A DNA stretch of 62,373 bases, counting the filler, from a bacterium (GTDB lineage: Bacteria; JALSQH01): the NCBI GenBank assembly GCA_026985515.1. It is 6 parts of 6 records of this genome, joined end to end, with 100 filler letters (N's around TTAATTAATTAA, not from the genome) between each part and the next. Parts side by side here need not be neighbours in the genome. Positions count along the whole stretch, not along the records: positions 12,152 to 23,091 come from JALSQH010000258.1; positions 23,192 to 45,876 come from JALSQH010000260.1; 4 more parts are not named here. The stretch is one strand, 5' to 3'. Shown here piece after piece: positions 18,618-29,296 of the stretch. The translations under genes were made by a program, and so were the position numbers. Below the pieces are notes generated by a model. The model was not told the origin of the DNA. It did not search any database and worked only from the letters and a program-made list of their open reading frames with translations. How positions within the stretch are numbered: position 1 is the stretch's first letter; the number at the start of each line of letters is the position of its first letter.

Positions 18618-19469
18618 TTACCTTACCATCCTCCTTCCATTCCGGTAAAGAATCTTCTCCTTCGCCTCATCAGAGATGTTTAGCTTTTCAATGCATCTTA
18701 TCTGCTCCTCCACAGGGTACGGGATAAATGGAAAGTCACTTCCCAGAAGAATTCTATCTGCATATTTCTCCATAAATGAATCTGGTGGTGGGGGAGGGGT
18801 TTCTGGATGCTTTATTTTCACTCTATCCATGCAGTGGACCATGGTTGTATCCAGATAAAGGTCTGGATAAAGATCCATAAGTGATGCGAATCTGTCATAT
18901 TCACCCATTCCAAGGTGAGCCACAATTATTTTCAGCCCTGGAAATTTAATTAACAGTGGTTCAACATGCTCAGCCCCCGATAATTTTCCCGGATCATAAT
19001 TTTTCAGCAGCCCTGCATCAGTGGGATGGTGGGAGGCGTGGAGCAGAAGAAGTCCATTGTATTTCAAAATCTTTTCATAGGCTGGAAATAATCTTTCATC
19101 TTCAGGGGGAAAGCCCGCAACATGGGTGTGAAATTTGATCCCCTTCACTCCGTAATCTTTAAATGCCCTTTCAACAACCTTCTCCGGATCCTCATCTTCA
19201 GGATGAACGGTACCGAAGGGAATAATCTCTCCATATTTTTTACCTGCTTCACCAACCCACCTGTTGAGAAAATCTGCCACCCCCTTTTTATGTGCGTAGA
19301 CTGCCACAACCCATTTCTCATAGCCTGAGGATTTCAGGTAGCTGATACTTTCTTCAAATGTAAATCTGTGGTGGATTCCCCATCCATAGGTTTCAAACCA
19401 GTCGTAAATAGCCCTCTGAAAATTTTCAGGAAAGAAGTGGGTATGGAAGTCTATGAATTTTCTCTTCAT
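18618..19469 (-). CDS. Amidohydrolase_2 family metal-dependent hydrolase
   Basis: DFHTH, GIKFH, AHLG and GSDFP motifs. Confidence 0.88.
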   Translation of the reverse strand: MKRKFIDFHTHFFPENFQRAIYDWFETYGWGIHHRFTFEESISYLKSSGYEKWVVAVYAHKKGVADFLNRWVGEAGKKYGEIIPFGTVHPEDEDPEKVVERAFKDYGVKGIKFHTHVAGFPPEDERLFPAYEKILKYNGLLLLHASHHPTDAGLLKNYDPGKLSGAEHVEPLLIKFPGLKIIVAHLGMGEYDRFASLMDLYPDLYLDTTMVHCMDRVKIKHPETPPPPPDSFMEKYADRILLGSDFPFIPYPVEEQIRCIEKLNISDEAKEKILYRNGRRMVR

Positions 19470-19522
19470 ATGATTATGATATAATGAGTTGAGATCAATT
19501 GCAAAGAACCGGATATTCTAAT

Positions 19523-20383
19523 ATGCAGTGGTTTATCCTCAGTTTTTTGACGGCTCTTTTTCAGTCGCTTTCAGATCTCTTCAGCAAGATTGCATTGAGA
19601 AAACAGGGTATCCTTTCAATTTCTCTCCTCAAACTTGCTGTACCTGTACCACTGCTTTTCCTTCTTTATCCTCATTTTCCCCGGCACATACCATCTCAAT
19701 TCTGGGTAACGCTTGCTCTTCTCGCTCCCCTTGATGTTACAGCTACCATTCTTTACCAGGAATCTATCAAATACGCTCCTCTCTCACTTACTCTTCCCCT
19801 TCTTGCATTTTCCCCCGCCTTCATAATTGTGACGGGGTGGATAATTCTGGGTGAGAAATTATCTGTTGTGGGAATAACGGGAGTGATAATGGTTACCACA
19901 GGAGCATACATTCTCAATCTTGAATCATTGAAAGAGGGTATATTTGCACCTATCCTGGCTATATTTCGCAACAGGGGAACGAGATTGATGTTTATTGTGG
20001 CTTTTATTTACAGTATCAATTCTGTTCTGGGTAAAAGGATGGTTCTGATGGTTGACCCTCTTTTCTTTTCGTGGTTTTACTTCTTGGTCCTCTCAATTCT
20101 TCTCTTTCCCATAACCATTTATAAAGAGAATCCCATCAAAAACTGGAGGAAAACTCCACTATTCTCCCTGCTCATCGCACTTTCATACGCAGCAATGATA
20201 GTGTTTCATTTTGAAGCGGTGAGAATAATTGATGTTGCATACATGATTTCCATAAAGAGATTCAGTCTCGTTCTCGGATCTATCTGGGGAATAATTTTTC
20301 TGAAGGAAAGGGGTGGAGTTACAAGGGTAGCTGGAAGTTTGATAATGTTTATGGGTGTGGTGGTGATTCTGCTGGGTGCATGA
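19523..20383 (+). CDS. EamA/DMT family transporter
   Basis: ~10 hydrophobic segments in two repeats ending ILGEK and FLKER. Confidence 0.85.
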   Translation: MQWFILSFLTALFQSLSDLFSKIALRKQGILSISLLKLAVPVPLLFLLYPHFPRHIPSQFWVTLALLAPLDVTATILYQESIKYAPLSLTLPLLAFSPAFIIVTGWIILGEKLSVVGITGVIMVTTGAYILNLESLKEGIFAPILAIFRNRGTRLMFIVAFIYSINSVLGKRMVLMVDPLFFSWFYFLVLSILLFPITIYKENPIKNWRKTPLFSLLIALSYAAMIVFHFEAVRIIDVAYMISIKRFSLVLGSIWGIIFLKERGGVTRVAGSLIMFMGVVVILLGA

Positions 20384-20387
20384 TTTT

Positions 20388-20416
20388 TTGACTCTTTTAT
20401 CAAAATAGGTTATTCT
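20388..20416 (+). promoter_or_regulatory. Sigma70-type promoter
   Basis: TTGACT-17 bp-TATTCT upstream of the AAGGAGG RBS of the gene at 20442. Confidence 0.6.
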
Positions 20417-20441
20417 TGTTAAAAAATTAAGGAGGTGTTCC

Positions 20442-21215
20442 ATGGATATTAAGGGCAAAGTCGCCATTGTCACAGGTGGTGCATCAGGTCTTGGAAAAGC
20501 CACAGCCAGAGCAATTGTAGAGAGAGGTGGGAAGGTGGCAATTATTGACATAAAGGAGGAACAGGGCAGGGAAGTCGAAAGGGAACTTGGCACCGATAAC
20601 GCTCTCTTCGTAAAAACTGATGTGACAAGTGAGGAAGAAGTTAAAAATGCAATATCAGAAACTGTAAAAAAGTTTGGTGCCATTCACATAGATGTAAACT
20701 GTGCAGGTACTGGAATAGCCATGAAAACAATTTCAAAGGCGGGTCCCCACGATCTCCAGTCATTTCTCTTCATCATCAACATCAATTTGGTTGGAACTTT
20801 CAATGTGGCAAGACTTTCAGCCTATGAAATGTCTAAAAATGACCCTCTCACTGAGGATGGAGAGAGGGGAGTTATTATAAATACTGCTTCTGTAGCTGCC
20901 TTTGATGGTCAGATTGGTCAGGTGGCTTATTCTGCTTCAAAAGGTGGAATTGTTGGAATGACTCTCCCCATGGCAAGGGATCTCGCAAGATATGGGATCA
21001 GGGTTGTGACCATCGCACCAGGCACATTTGATACGCCTCTTCTGGGGATGTTACCTGAGGAAGTTAAAAAGGCACTGGCAGCCCAGATACCCTTTCCCCA
21101 GAGACTGGGGAAGCCGGAAGAGTATGCTGCCCTTGCACTCCACATTGTGGAAAATTCCATGTTAAATGGAGAGGTTATAAGACTTGATGGTGCATTGAGA
21201 ATGCCACCGAAATAA
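20442..21215 (+). CDS. SDR 3-hydroxyacyl-CoA dehydrogenase type II (HSD17B10-like)
   Basis: [12 protein letters not shown], [35 protein letters not shown]. Confidence 0.93.
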   Translation: MDIKGKVAIVTGGASGLGKATARAIVERGGKVAIIDIKEEQGREVERELGTDNALFVKTDVTSEEEVKNAISETVKKFGAIHIDVNCAGTGIAMKTISKAGPHDLQSFLFIININLVGTFNVARLSAYEMSKNDPLTEDGERGVIINTASVAAFDGQIGQVAYSASKGGIVGMTLPMARDLARYGIRVVTIAPGTFDTPLLGMLPEEVKKALAAQIPFPQRLGKPEEYAALALHIVENSMLNGEVIRLDGALRMPPK

Positions 21216-21227
21216 GGAGAAAAGAGA

Positions 21228-22247
21228 ATGTTCAGAGACCCCCCTGAAAGACTTGTTGAGAATGGAGAGGTAAGGTTTGGTCTTTTCAAATCTCCCGTTA
21301 AAGAGATCAACGCGTCTGATTACATCCTTCTGGATGAAATGGACAGAGAAGTGAGGGGAGTCAGGAAGAGGCTGAGAATCCATTTTTTTAACTACTTCGG
21401 GGTGATCCATCCAGATCTGACAATTGGAATTGCCATCTATGATCTGGCGTATCTTGGAGGTTATTTCCTCTATATCTATGATCATAATTCTGGCGAACTG
21501 CTGGAGAGGGGCAGTAAGTCGCCCTTCAGCAGGGGTGTTGATTTTCCCCACAGAACAGGCAGTGAGGTTATTTCCTTTTATTCGGGAAAGGAGAAGATAC
21601 TTTTCAAACAGATGGGGAATGAATCCAGGAGAATTGTGGAAGTATCCATCCCCGATATTGCACTGCACTTCACGATGAATGATGATGAAAAATTATTGCC
21701 TTCCCTTTCTCTCTGCACAAGAAACAGTTATTCAGGTTGGACCTACACACAGAAAAAGGCCGGTGCAGAGGTGATTGAAGGAGAGGTTGACTACAGGGAT
21801 ATGAAAATTGATCTTGGTGGGGCTAAGGTGATCTTTGACTGGACGGGGGGTTTTCTACGGAGAGATACATACTGGTTATGGGCGGCAGGGGTGGGAGAGG
21901 CAGGGGGGCAGGAGTTTGGTTTTAATTTTTCAAATGGGGTGAATGAAACCTCCTGGACAGAAAATGCTATCTGGCTTGATGGAAAGTTGATAAAGATAGA
22001 GGGGGTGGAATTTGAATTTAACAGATTCAACCCTGATTGTAAGTGGCGTATAAGGGGAAGTAAAGGCGAATTTGAACTGGAATTCAGATCCTCCGGGGCA
22101 AGGAGGGAGAAACTTGATCTGAAATTTATTAAAAGCAATTTCGTGCAGTTCTTTGGAGAATTTGAAGGATATGTGGAAACCCCGGATGGAAGAAGAGTGG
22201 ATGTAAAGGCAAGGGGATTTACCGAAAAGCACTTTGCAAGGTGGTAA
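21228..22247 (+). CDS. DUF2804 family protein
   Basis: YTQK, DWTGGFLRRDTYWLWA, FGFNF, TENAIWLDG, SNFVQFFGEF, GFTEKHFARW. Confidence 0.85.
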   Translation: MFRDPPERLVENGEVRFGLFKSPVKEINASDYILLDEMDREVRGVRKRLRIHFFNYFGVIHPDLTIGIAIYDLAYLGGYFLYIYDHNSGELLERGSKSPFSRGVDFPHRTGSEVISFYSGKEKILFKQMGNESRRIVEVSIPDIALHFTMNDDEKLLPSLSLCTRNSYSGWTYTQKKAGAEVIEGEVDYRDMKIDLGGAKVIFDWTGGFLRRDTYWLWAAGVGEAGGQEFGFNFSNGVNETSWTENAIWLDGKLIKIEGVEFEFNRFNPDCKWRIRGSKGEFELEFRSSGARREKLDLKFIKSNFVQFFGEFEGYVETPDGRRVDVKARGFTEKHFARW

Positions 22248-22490
22248 CACCAGCCTTTGTCCTGCCAACAAACTCTGCCGACTTTGGTGTTGAAAGTATA
22301 TGAACAATTCTATGTTGTTCCTCTCTCTCTCCTTTTGAATAGTCAGGTGTGAGAAATTCGGCAGAAACGGGAAGAAATCAAGGCAACGGCATTTTTCATG
22401 CTAAGATAAGAAAAATCTTACTGTGTGAAGTAAATCTGATCAGATCCAGAGACAGGGAGTGGTTGAAATTTTTTTATTAACGGCAATCTG

Positions 22491-23091
22491 TTACCTGCTC
22501 ACGGTAAAATCAAAAATTCCCCTCTTCTCTGCGGTGACTCTTATCTGATAGGTGTTTATCCATTCCATTGCAAGATTGTCAGCTGGAGATAAATTGCATT
22601 TACCTTTGAAAATATAGTGGGGCAGGGTTATGATCATATCGTCTCCTCCCTTTGCCTGCCACACAATATGGAGTTTGAATTTATCCGGGTAGTATTTAAA
22701 TCTTATCAGTTTTCCTTTCCACATTTCAGGATATGCCCTTATAACAGTTTTAATCCATTCATCCCTTGCCCACTGGCTCCAGCCCTCACTGTTTTTAAAT
22801 TTCCTTTCAACATCTGTTAATTCCCACTGGACAATATTAAGCTGTAATCTCTCCGCTGCGTTGAAAAAGTCTTTAAGATACAGGACAGTTGATCTTTCAT
22901 CAACCCAGGCTCCAAATTCTCCAATGATTGTAACGGCATTTAAGGCTATCCCATCACCTATCCTTCTCCTGAGGGCTGATTCTATCATATCAGTCATTCC
23001 ACCAGGGTAGGTTGCACCGAAAAAGAAATCTGTTGGATAGAAATGAGGAGCATACGCAAGCTGGGGAAAAGGAAGAGGAGGAAGATATGTC
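22491..23091 (-). CDS. C-terminal part of a GH5 glycoside hydrolase (endoglycoceramidase-like); truncated by linker
   Basis: Frame open to the gap: LAYAPHFYP, nucleophile IGEFGA, and VIRAYP preceding a C-terminal beta-sandwich. Confidence 0.7.
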
Positions 23092-23191
23092 NNNNNNNNN
23101 NNNNNNNNNNNNNNNNNNNNNNNNNNNNNNNNNNNTTAATTAATTAANNNNNNNNNNNNNNNNNNNNNNNNNNNNNNNNNNNNNNNNNNNN
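23092..23191. other. Assembly linker
   Basis: N44-TTAATTAATTAA-N44. Confidence 0.98.
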
Positions 23192-23593
23192 ATTATCATA
23201 TTCCTGCACCATCCTCCTTACATTGAGATGCACAGAGAATGTATGATTTCCCGGTGAAAGAAAACTCCTGGAAGAGCCGAGATAGAGTTTGAATCCCCTG
23301 CCACTTCTCTCAATATGAAACTCACCCCTGTGACCATCGATAAAAACACTTTTGACAAAAATTGAGCAACTTCTCTTTTTACCAAATTCATCCTTCCACT
23401 CTTCGTAAAAATCCATCACTATGCCATGCCTGATTTTTACATTTTCAACCCTTGCAGTAACATCAATGAAAAGATCAGCACTTCTATCTCTGTGAAGAAC
23501 CATCCTTTCACTGTAGTTAAAGAATTTTTCCCCTGCAAAGAGATTCACTGAAAGCAGGAAAAAGATCAAAACTGTAAAAAACTTTCTCATCAT
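23192..23593 (-). CDS. DUF2207 family membrane protein, N-terminal part; truncated by linker
   Basis: Signal peptide and IRHGI motif; lies directly downstream of lemA, a common pairing. Confidence 0.75.
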
Positions 23594-24142
23594 CTACCCC
23601 TTCAGATTAACCCCGGGAGTCTCCCTCTCCTCCGCAGATATGTCAAAAAACTCCGCCTCCCTGAAACCCAAAAGTCTGGCCACAATGTTGTTGGGAAAAA
23701 TGGTTATAAATGTGTTGTAATCCCTGACAGCTCCATTGTAAAACCTTCTGGCAAACTGAATATCATCCTCAATCTTTGAAAGTTCCCTCTGCAGATTTAG
23801 ATAAACCTCACTTGCCTTCAGGTCTGGATAATTTTCTCCAATAGCGATGATTTTCCTTACCCCCTCCATAAATCTTCTTTCCTTCTCTTCCCTCTTCCTG
23901 ACATTTTTCTCTCCGTCTGCCTCGCTCCTGAGCCTTACAAGCTCTTCCATCACATCCCTCTCAAAATCCCGGTAACTTTTCGTAACCTGAGATAGAAGAG
24001 GAATGAGGTTTCTCCTCCTTCTCAACTGCACATCTATTCCGCTCCAAGCTTCTCTCACAAGATTTTTCAATCTCACCATTCTGTTAAAAGCATAGAGGAA
24101 ATAGGCGAGAAGCAGAAAGAGGAAAATCACAATATATATCAT
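23594..24142 (-). CDS. lemA: LemA family protein
   Basis: AWSGIDVQLxRRxxLIP, ENYPDLKAS, ARRFYNGAVRDYN, FPNNIVA. Confidence 0.95.
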   Translation of the reverse strand: MIYIVIFLFLLLAYFLYAFNRMVRLKNLVREAWSGIDVQLRRRRNLIPLLSQVTKSYRDFERDVMEELVRLRSEADGEKNVRKREEKERRFMEGVRKIIAIGENYPDLKASEVYLNLQRELSKIEDDIQFARRFYNGAVRDYNTFITIFPNNIVARLLGFREAEFFDISAEERETPGVNLKG

Positions 24143-25077
24143 TTACCCCTCCACTCCTTACCCTGCCAGGTGTCCCTCAATTCCAGCTCCCTTTCTATTC
24201 TGTTGAGTATTTCTCTCTTTCTCAATGTCCACTCTGGTGCCACCAGAGTCCGGGGATCTGGATCCCCGGTGAGCCTCTGAATGAGAACACCAGGGGGGAG
24301 CATTTCAATTATTTTTACCACAATGTCAATATATTCATCCATGGTAATTGGAGTGAAGTATCCTCTCCTGTACAGTCTGGCAAGGGGCGTCCCCTCCGGA
24401 ATATAGAGAGAATGAATCTTGATCCCATCTATGGGCAACTTTGAAACAAACTCCCCTGTGTAGAGCATATCCTCCCTCTTTTCAAAGGGCAGTCCAACAA
24501 TTATATGAACAGCCACATTTATATTTCTCTTCTTCGTTTCCTCCACAGCCCAGACAAGTTCCTCCACGGTATGCCTGCGGTTGATCCTCTTGAGTGTCTC
24601 ATTTCTTGCACTCTGCAATCCATATTCTATCCACAGGTATGTCCTGCGAGAGAGCTCGGCAAGATAGTCAAGCTTCTCCTCATCCACGCAATCTGGCCTT
24701 GTCCCTATTGAGATTCCAACAACATCTTCATCCTGAAGAGCTTCCTCATACAGCTTCCTCAGCCTCTCAAGGGGAGCATATGTATTGGTGTATGCCTGAA
24801 AATAAGCAATGAATTTCATTGGCTTGTTTCGAGGATTAAGTATTTTCTTCCCCTCCCTTATCTGCTCTATGACAGGAAGCTCGGGATTAACATATGGTGC
24901 CCTTGACCCACTTCCCTCGCAGTAAATACAGCCACCCCTTCCCTTTGTGCCATCTCTGTTTGGACATGTGAAACCCGCATCAATCCCAATTTTTCTGACC
25001 TTAACACCAAAGAGAGAGCGAAGATATGGACCAAAGGCATTGTAACGCTTATTGGCTACCCATGGAAATTTCTTCAT
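24139..25077 (-). CDS. TIGR01212 (YhcC-like) radical SAM protein
   Basis: GFTCPNRDGTKGRGGCIYC, YFQAYTNTY, GTRPDC. Confidence 0.93.
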   Translation of the reverse strand: MKKFPWVANKRYNAFGPYLRSLFGVKVRKIGIDAGFTCPNRDGTKGRGGCIYCEGSGSRAPYVNPELPVIEQIREGKKILNPRNKPMKFIAYFQAYTNTYAPLERLRKLYEEALQDEDVVGISIGTRPDCVDEEKLDYLAELSRRTYLWIEYGLQSARNETLKRINRRHTVEELVWAVEETKKRNINVAVHIIVGLPFEKREDMLYTGEFVSKLPIDGIKIHSLYIPEGTPLARLYRRGYFTPITMDEYIDIVVKIIEMLPPGVLIQRLTGDPDPRTLVAPEWTLRKREILNRIERELELRDTWQGKEWRGK

Positions 25078-25713
25078 TTACCCCCCCAGAATAGGAAACT
25101 TGTAGAGCAATCCCTCCAGAATAAACTGAACCGATATGGCAGCGAGCAGGAGACCCATGATCCTGTTGGCTATATTCATTCCAGTGTTGCCCAACAGATC
25201 TCCAAGTTCATCTGCAAAAAACATGGTTACATAAACCACAGCTCCAACTCCAACAATTATCAGTGAGTAGAGAAACATGGAGGAGAATGAATGCATTCTG
25301 TGGGAAAACATGATCACAGTGCTTATGGCACCGGGACCTGCAAGAAGTGGAAGGGCGAGGGGAACAACTGCTATATCCTGTTTAGTGGATGCCTCCACAT
25401 GTTCTTCTTCTGTGTACTTGGTACCTGGTCTCCTCGCCTGAAGCATCTCAAGGGACATCATGAGAAGCACAATTCCACCTGCAATTTTAAAAGAGTAAAC
25501 ATCTATGCCTAACAGAGAAAGTATGTACTCTCCAATGTAAGCAGAAAGAAGAAGTATAACGACCACAGAAATCGATGTTCTCCTTATAATTCTTCTCTTT
25601 TCCCCTGTCTCAAAATCCTCAGTCAACCCTATAAAGACAGGCAATACTCCAAGAGGATCGACTACTGAAACTATTCCCACAAACACCTTTATGTAAAATG
25701 TTACCTCTCCCAT
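25078..25713 (-). CDS. MarC family membrane protein
   Basis: DPLGVLPVF, FKIAGG, VPLALPLLAGPGAI, RIMGLLLAAISVQ. Confidence 0.93.
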   Translation of the reverse strand: MGEVTFYIKVFVGIVSVVDPLGVLPVFIGLTEDFETGEKRRIIRRTSISVVVILLLSAYIGEYILSLLGIDVYSFKIAGGIVLLMMSLEMLQARRPGTKYTEEEHVEASTKQDIAVVPLALPLLAGPGAISTVIMFSHRMHSFSSMFLYSLIIVGVGAVVYVTMFFADELGDLLGNTGMNIANRIMGLLLAAISVQFILEGLLYKFPILGG

Positions 25714-27179
25714 TTCACAAACACCCCTACCATATAGAAAAGTATAAGGATTAATGATAAAATCACAATCCAGTCGCCCGCAATTGAATAGAGAGTTCTG
25801 TACCTCACCGGAACAATATCACCTGTTACCCCGGTTCTTTTAAAGATCTCCGTTTCCTTCAAAACTGCACCTGTTGGTGAAACTATGCCCGATACCCCTG
25901 TGTTGGCTGATCTCACTAAAAATCTTTTAAACTCCACAGCTCTGAAGGAAGCCATTGAAAAATGCTGATATGGAGCGGATGTTTTGCCGAACCACGCATC
26001 ATTTGTGATATTAACAAGATAAGCCGCCCCCTTCCTGATCATTTCTCTGGATATTTCTGGAAAGATGGATTCGTAGCAGATCAGGACCCCGAACTTCCCA
26101 TAGGCGGTTTTTAGGGGCTTAATCTCATTTCCGGGACTCATGTTACCAACCATTGGGATTAATTTTTCAATGAATTTCAGATACTTCTCTAATGGAAGGT
26201 ACTCGCCAAAGGGAACAAGGTGCACCTTATCATAGTAATCAACAATCTCACCAACCGGTGAAACCATGTATGCTCTATTGAGATACCTGATCCTTCCGTT
26301 TTCATATCTGTAGGCAGGAGAGCCAAAGAGAAGATAGATTCTATTTTTGAGGGAAATGTACTTTATCCTGCTGGAATACTCACTGCTCTGGAAATAGAAA
26401 GGCGTTGCTGTTTCTGGCCACACCACCACCCTTGCCCCCTTTTTAGAGAGATCATCTGTCAGATCTTCATAGATTTTAACAGTTTTTTTTCGGTATGAAG
26501 GACTCCACTTAACAGATTGATCAATACTTCCCTGAGCTATCCCCACACGCAATTTGTTACTACTCTTACTTAGAATCCTTTCCCACACCAGCTGGTCAGT
26601 TTCTCCATAGAGAATTCCAAGAATAAGAAGTAAGGAGGAAATTTTTATCCACATTGATTTTCCGGATCTGGAGAAAAAGGAGGATATGAAGAAAATGAGA
26701 AGAAACTCAATCAGTAATATCCCTCCTGCATCTCCAAGATTCATAAGAGGCCTGAAGGGATACACAGCGTAACCTGTTATTTCCCAGGGGAAACCTGAGA
26801 GAAACCTGCTCCTCACATAATCGAGAATAATCCATAAGGATGCAGAAAGCAGTGGAAAAATTTTGCTTTGCCTGAATTTCTCAGCTATCTTGAAAAAAAT
26901 GAAAGGGTAGAGGGAAAGGTAGGCTGTTAGAAGAATCATGGGTATAAGAGCGACGAAAAGTGAAACATCACCATACTCAGCTATGGCGTAGGTTATCCAG
27001 TAGAGGAGAGCAATCTGTGAAATCCACAGAGCAACAAATATCTTCAAGTCTCCCGTCCTTTTTTCAAATACGAGGAAAAAGAGAAGATAGAGAGATAAGG
27101 GAAGGGCAAAAAAGATTGAGAAAGGGGGAAAGGAGATCACATATAGAATTTCATAAAGGAATATCAGGATTGTTTCCAT
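25701..27179 (-). CDS. lnt: Apolipoprotein N-acyltransferase
   Basis: GFPW, WPETA, YDKVHLVPFGEYLP, ICYE, NDAWFG, RSANTG. Confidence 0.96.
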   Translation of the reverse strand: METILIFLYEILYVISFPPFSIFFALPLSLYLLFFLVFEKRTGDLKIFVALWISQIALLYWITYAIAEYGDVSLFVALIPMILLTAYLSLYPFIFFKIAEKFRQSKIFPLLSASLWIILDYVRSRFLSGFPWEITGYAVYPFRPLMNLGDAGGILLIEFLLIFFISSFFSRSGKSMWIKISSLLLILGILYGETDQLVWERILSKSSNKLRVGIAQGSIDQSVKWSPSYRKKTVKIYEDLTDDLSKKGARVVVWPETATPFYFQSSEYSSRIKYISLKNRIYLLFGSPAYRYENGRIRYLNRAYMVSPVGEIVDYYDKVHLVPFGEYLPLEKYLKFIEKLIPMVGNMSPGNEIKPLKTAYGKFGVLICYESIFPEISREMIRKGAAYLVNITNDAWFGKTSAPYQHFSMASFRAVEFKRFLVRSANTGVSGIVSPTGAVLKETEIFKRTGVTGDIVPVRYRTLYSIAGDWIVILSLILILFYMVGVFVKWER

Positions 27180-28183
27180 ATTCTTCCCCTCTCAACGACA
27201 TACATATCATCTGTCTCTTCAACAGGAGATGTTGAAGTGACAAAAGCCTGGAGCTGGTTTTGTTTGATAAAGTTTAAAAGATAACTTCTTCTTGCACTGT
27301 CCAGCTCTCCGCCTATATCATCTATGAGGAAAACAGTTTTTTCCCTTTTTCTTTCGAGCATACCTGCTACGGACAATTTATAAGAGAGAAGAATAATTTT
27401 TATCTGACCCCTTGAAGCATACCTCCTTGCAGGTTTTCCATTTATGAGAAATTCAACCATACTTCTGTGTGGTCCATAGAGGGAGTATCCATACCTTTTC
27501 TCCCTCTCAAGAGCTACCTGCCCCGCCCTTCTGTAATCAACTCTGACCATCCATTCCCCTCCACTCAGGGAGCCCGAAACTCTTGCAATTTCTTCATTTA
27601 AATTCTGAATAAAATCCTCCCTCCAGGACTCTATTCTTTCACTCATTTTCTTAAATTCCTCATTCACAACCTCAAATAATTTTAAATCAAACTTGTCACT
27701 CTGCAAAAGAGAATTTCTATCTGAAAGGAGCTTTCTGAATCGGGAGAACTCTGCAAGATAACTTCTATCAAGGTAGAAAATTCCTCTGTCTATAAGGTTC
27801 CTCATAAACCTGGGTGAGGAAAAGATCTTCGTCTCCTCTCCGGGAAAGAAACCAATGATTGTTATCTTTCTGAGGTACTCCTGAGTGGACACACTCTTTC
27901 CATTTATCTTTTTTACCTTTTCACCACTGCTGCCGATCTCTACAAAAAATGTGAATCTTTCACTTTCAACTTCTACAGATGATTTTTCCCTCTCCCACTG
28001 CACACATTCAGTCACTCTTGAACTTCTCACACACTTGAGGTTACCGGCAAGGTATATTGCCTCCAGAAGGCTTGTCTTCCCCTGACCATTGTCACCGATT
28101 ATGGCTGTCACTCCACTGGAGGGGTAAAGCTGGACATCATTGATATTGCGAAAGAGGGAAATTGCAACTCGCCTCAGATACAT
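27164..28183 (-). CDS. recF: DNA replication/repair protein RecF
   Basis: FRN, GDNGQGKTSLLEAI, GPHR, SRGQ, LIDDIxxELD; follows dnaN. Confidence 0.93.
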   Translation of the reverse strand: MYLRRVAISLFRNINDVQLYPSSGVTAIIGDNGQGKTSLLEAIYLAGNLKCVRSSRVTECVQWEREKSSVEVESERFTFFVEIGSSGEKVKKINGKSVSTQEYLRKITIIGFFPGEETKIFSSPRFMRNLIDRGIFYLDRSYLAEFSRFRKLLSDRNSLLQSDKFDLKLFEVVNEEFKKMSERIESWREDFIQNLNEEIARVSGSLSGGEWMVRVDYRRAGQVALEREKRYGYSLYGPHRSMVEFLINGKPARRYASRGQIKIILLSYKLSVAGMLERKREKTVFLIDDIGGELDSARRSYLLNFIKQNQLQAFVTSTSPVEETDDMYVVERGRIWKQS

Positions 28184-28192
28184 TAAGAATCT

Positions 28193-29296
28193 TTACCATG
28201 GAATATTCATTGGCATTATAATTACAAATTTGTCCAGTTCCTCTGATTCGTAAATAAGTGTTGCCGTCATTTCATCCCGTAATTTAAAGTGGAGTTCATC
28301 TCCACTGAATGGAATCATGCTATCGAGAAGATATCTTGCGTTGAATCCTATTTCTATCGGGTCTCCCTTCAGAGTAACAGGAATAGACTCTTCAGCATCC
28401 CCGAGTTCATCCCTGCTTATGAGTTTGAGCTCATCGTGGGTGAAGATGAGCTTTACTCCCTTGAGTTTATCAGTTGAAATTAATGAGACCCTTTTTACTG
28501 CAGCAGCGAATTCATCCCTGTTAACCGTTGCAATGGTCGGATTGTCTCTCGGTATCACACTTCTGTAGTTAGGATACTCACCCAGGATTAATCTTATGGT
28601 TATCTCAGTGTTCCCGTCTGAAGCCACAACGATGTTTTCAGTTATTCCCAGTTTTATCTTATCTCCTCTGGAGCAGAGTTTGGTGAGCTCCGAGGCACCT
28701 TTTCTTGGAAGAATTATTCCCTTTTCCGGGTAATTTACATTTTCAAGTCCCTCAACCTTTTCGCTTGCATAACTCAGTCTGTGGCTGTCTGTTGCTACTG
28801 CTATGAGTTTATCTCCCTCCTTTTCCAGAAGTATTCCTCCAAGTATTGGTCTCACATCATCTGTTGCAGCAGCAAACAGGGTGGAGTTGATGAGTGAGGA
28901 GAGGGTTTCAGATGATATTTCAAATTCGTTAGAACTGTCAACTGTTGGTTTTGTCGGAAAGTCTTCAGGTTCAGATGTTACGAGATTGAACTTTGCTTTT
29001 TCTGATCTTATTTCCAGTTTATCACCTGATGTTGTCAGTTCCACATCTTCTCCCGGGAGTTCCCTCACTACTTCGTACAGTTTCCTGGCGTTTACACATA
29101 TTTTTCCTTCTTCTTCGACGCTCGCACTGGTCCAGGTCGTGATAAAGGAATCAAGGTCGGTCCCTGTGAAGTAGATTTTCCCATCCCCGGTTGCTTCAAG
29201 CAGGAGGTCAGATATTCTTCCGCTTTTCTTGTCTGCTATGCTCTGGGGAAGGATGATTGCCTCAATCAGGTCTGTTTTATTTGCTTTTATCTTCAT
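28193..29296 (-). CDS. dnaN: DNA polymerase III beta sliding clamp
   Basis: GTDL, ATDSHRL, GEYPNY, IGFNARYLLD, IIMPM. Confidence 0.97.
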   Translation of the reverse strand: MKIKANKTDLIEAIILPQSIADKKSGRISDLLLEATGDGKIYFTGTDLDSFITTWTSASVEEEGKICVNARKLYEVVRELPGEDVELTTSGDKLEIRSEKAKFNLVTSEPEDFPTKPTVDSSNEFEISSETLSSLINSTLFAAATDDVRPILGGILLEKEGDKLIAVATDSHRLSYASEKVEGLENVNYPEKGIILPRKGASELTKLCSRGDKIKLGITENIVVASDGNTEITIRLILGEYPNYRSVIPRDNPTIATVNRDEFAAAVKRVSLISTDKLKGVKLIFTHDELKLISRDELGDAEESIPVTLKGDPIEIGFNARYLLDSMIPFSGDELHFKLRDEMTATLIYESEELDKFVIIMPMNIPW

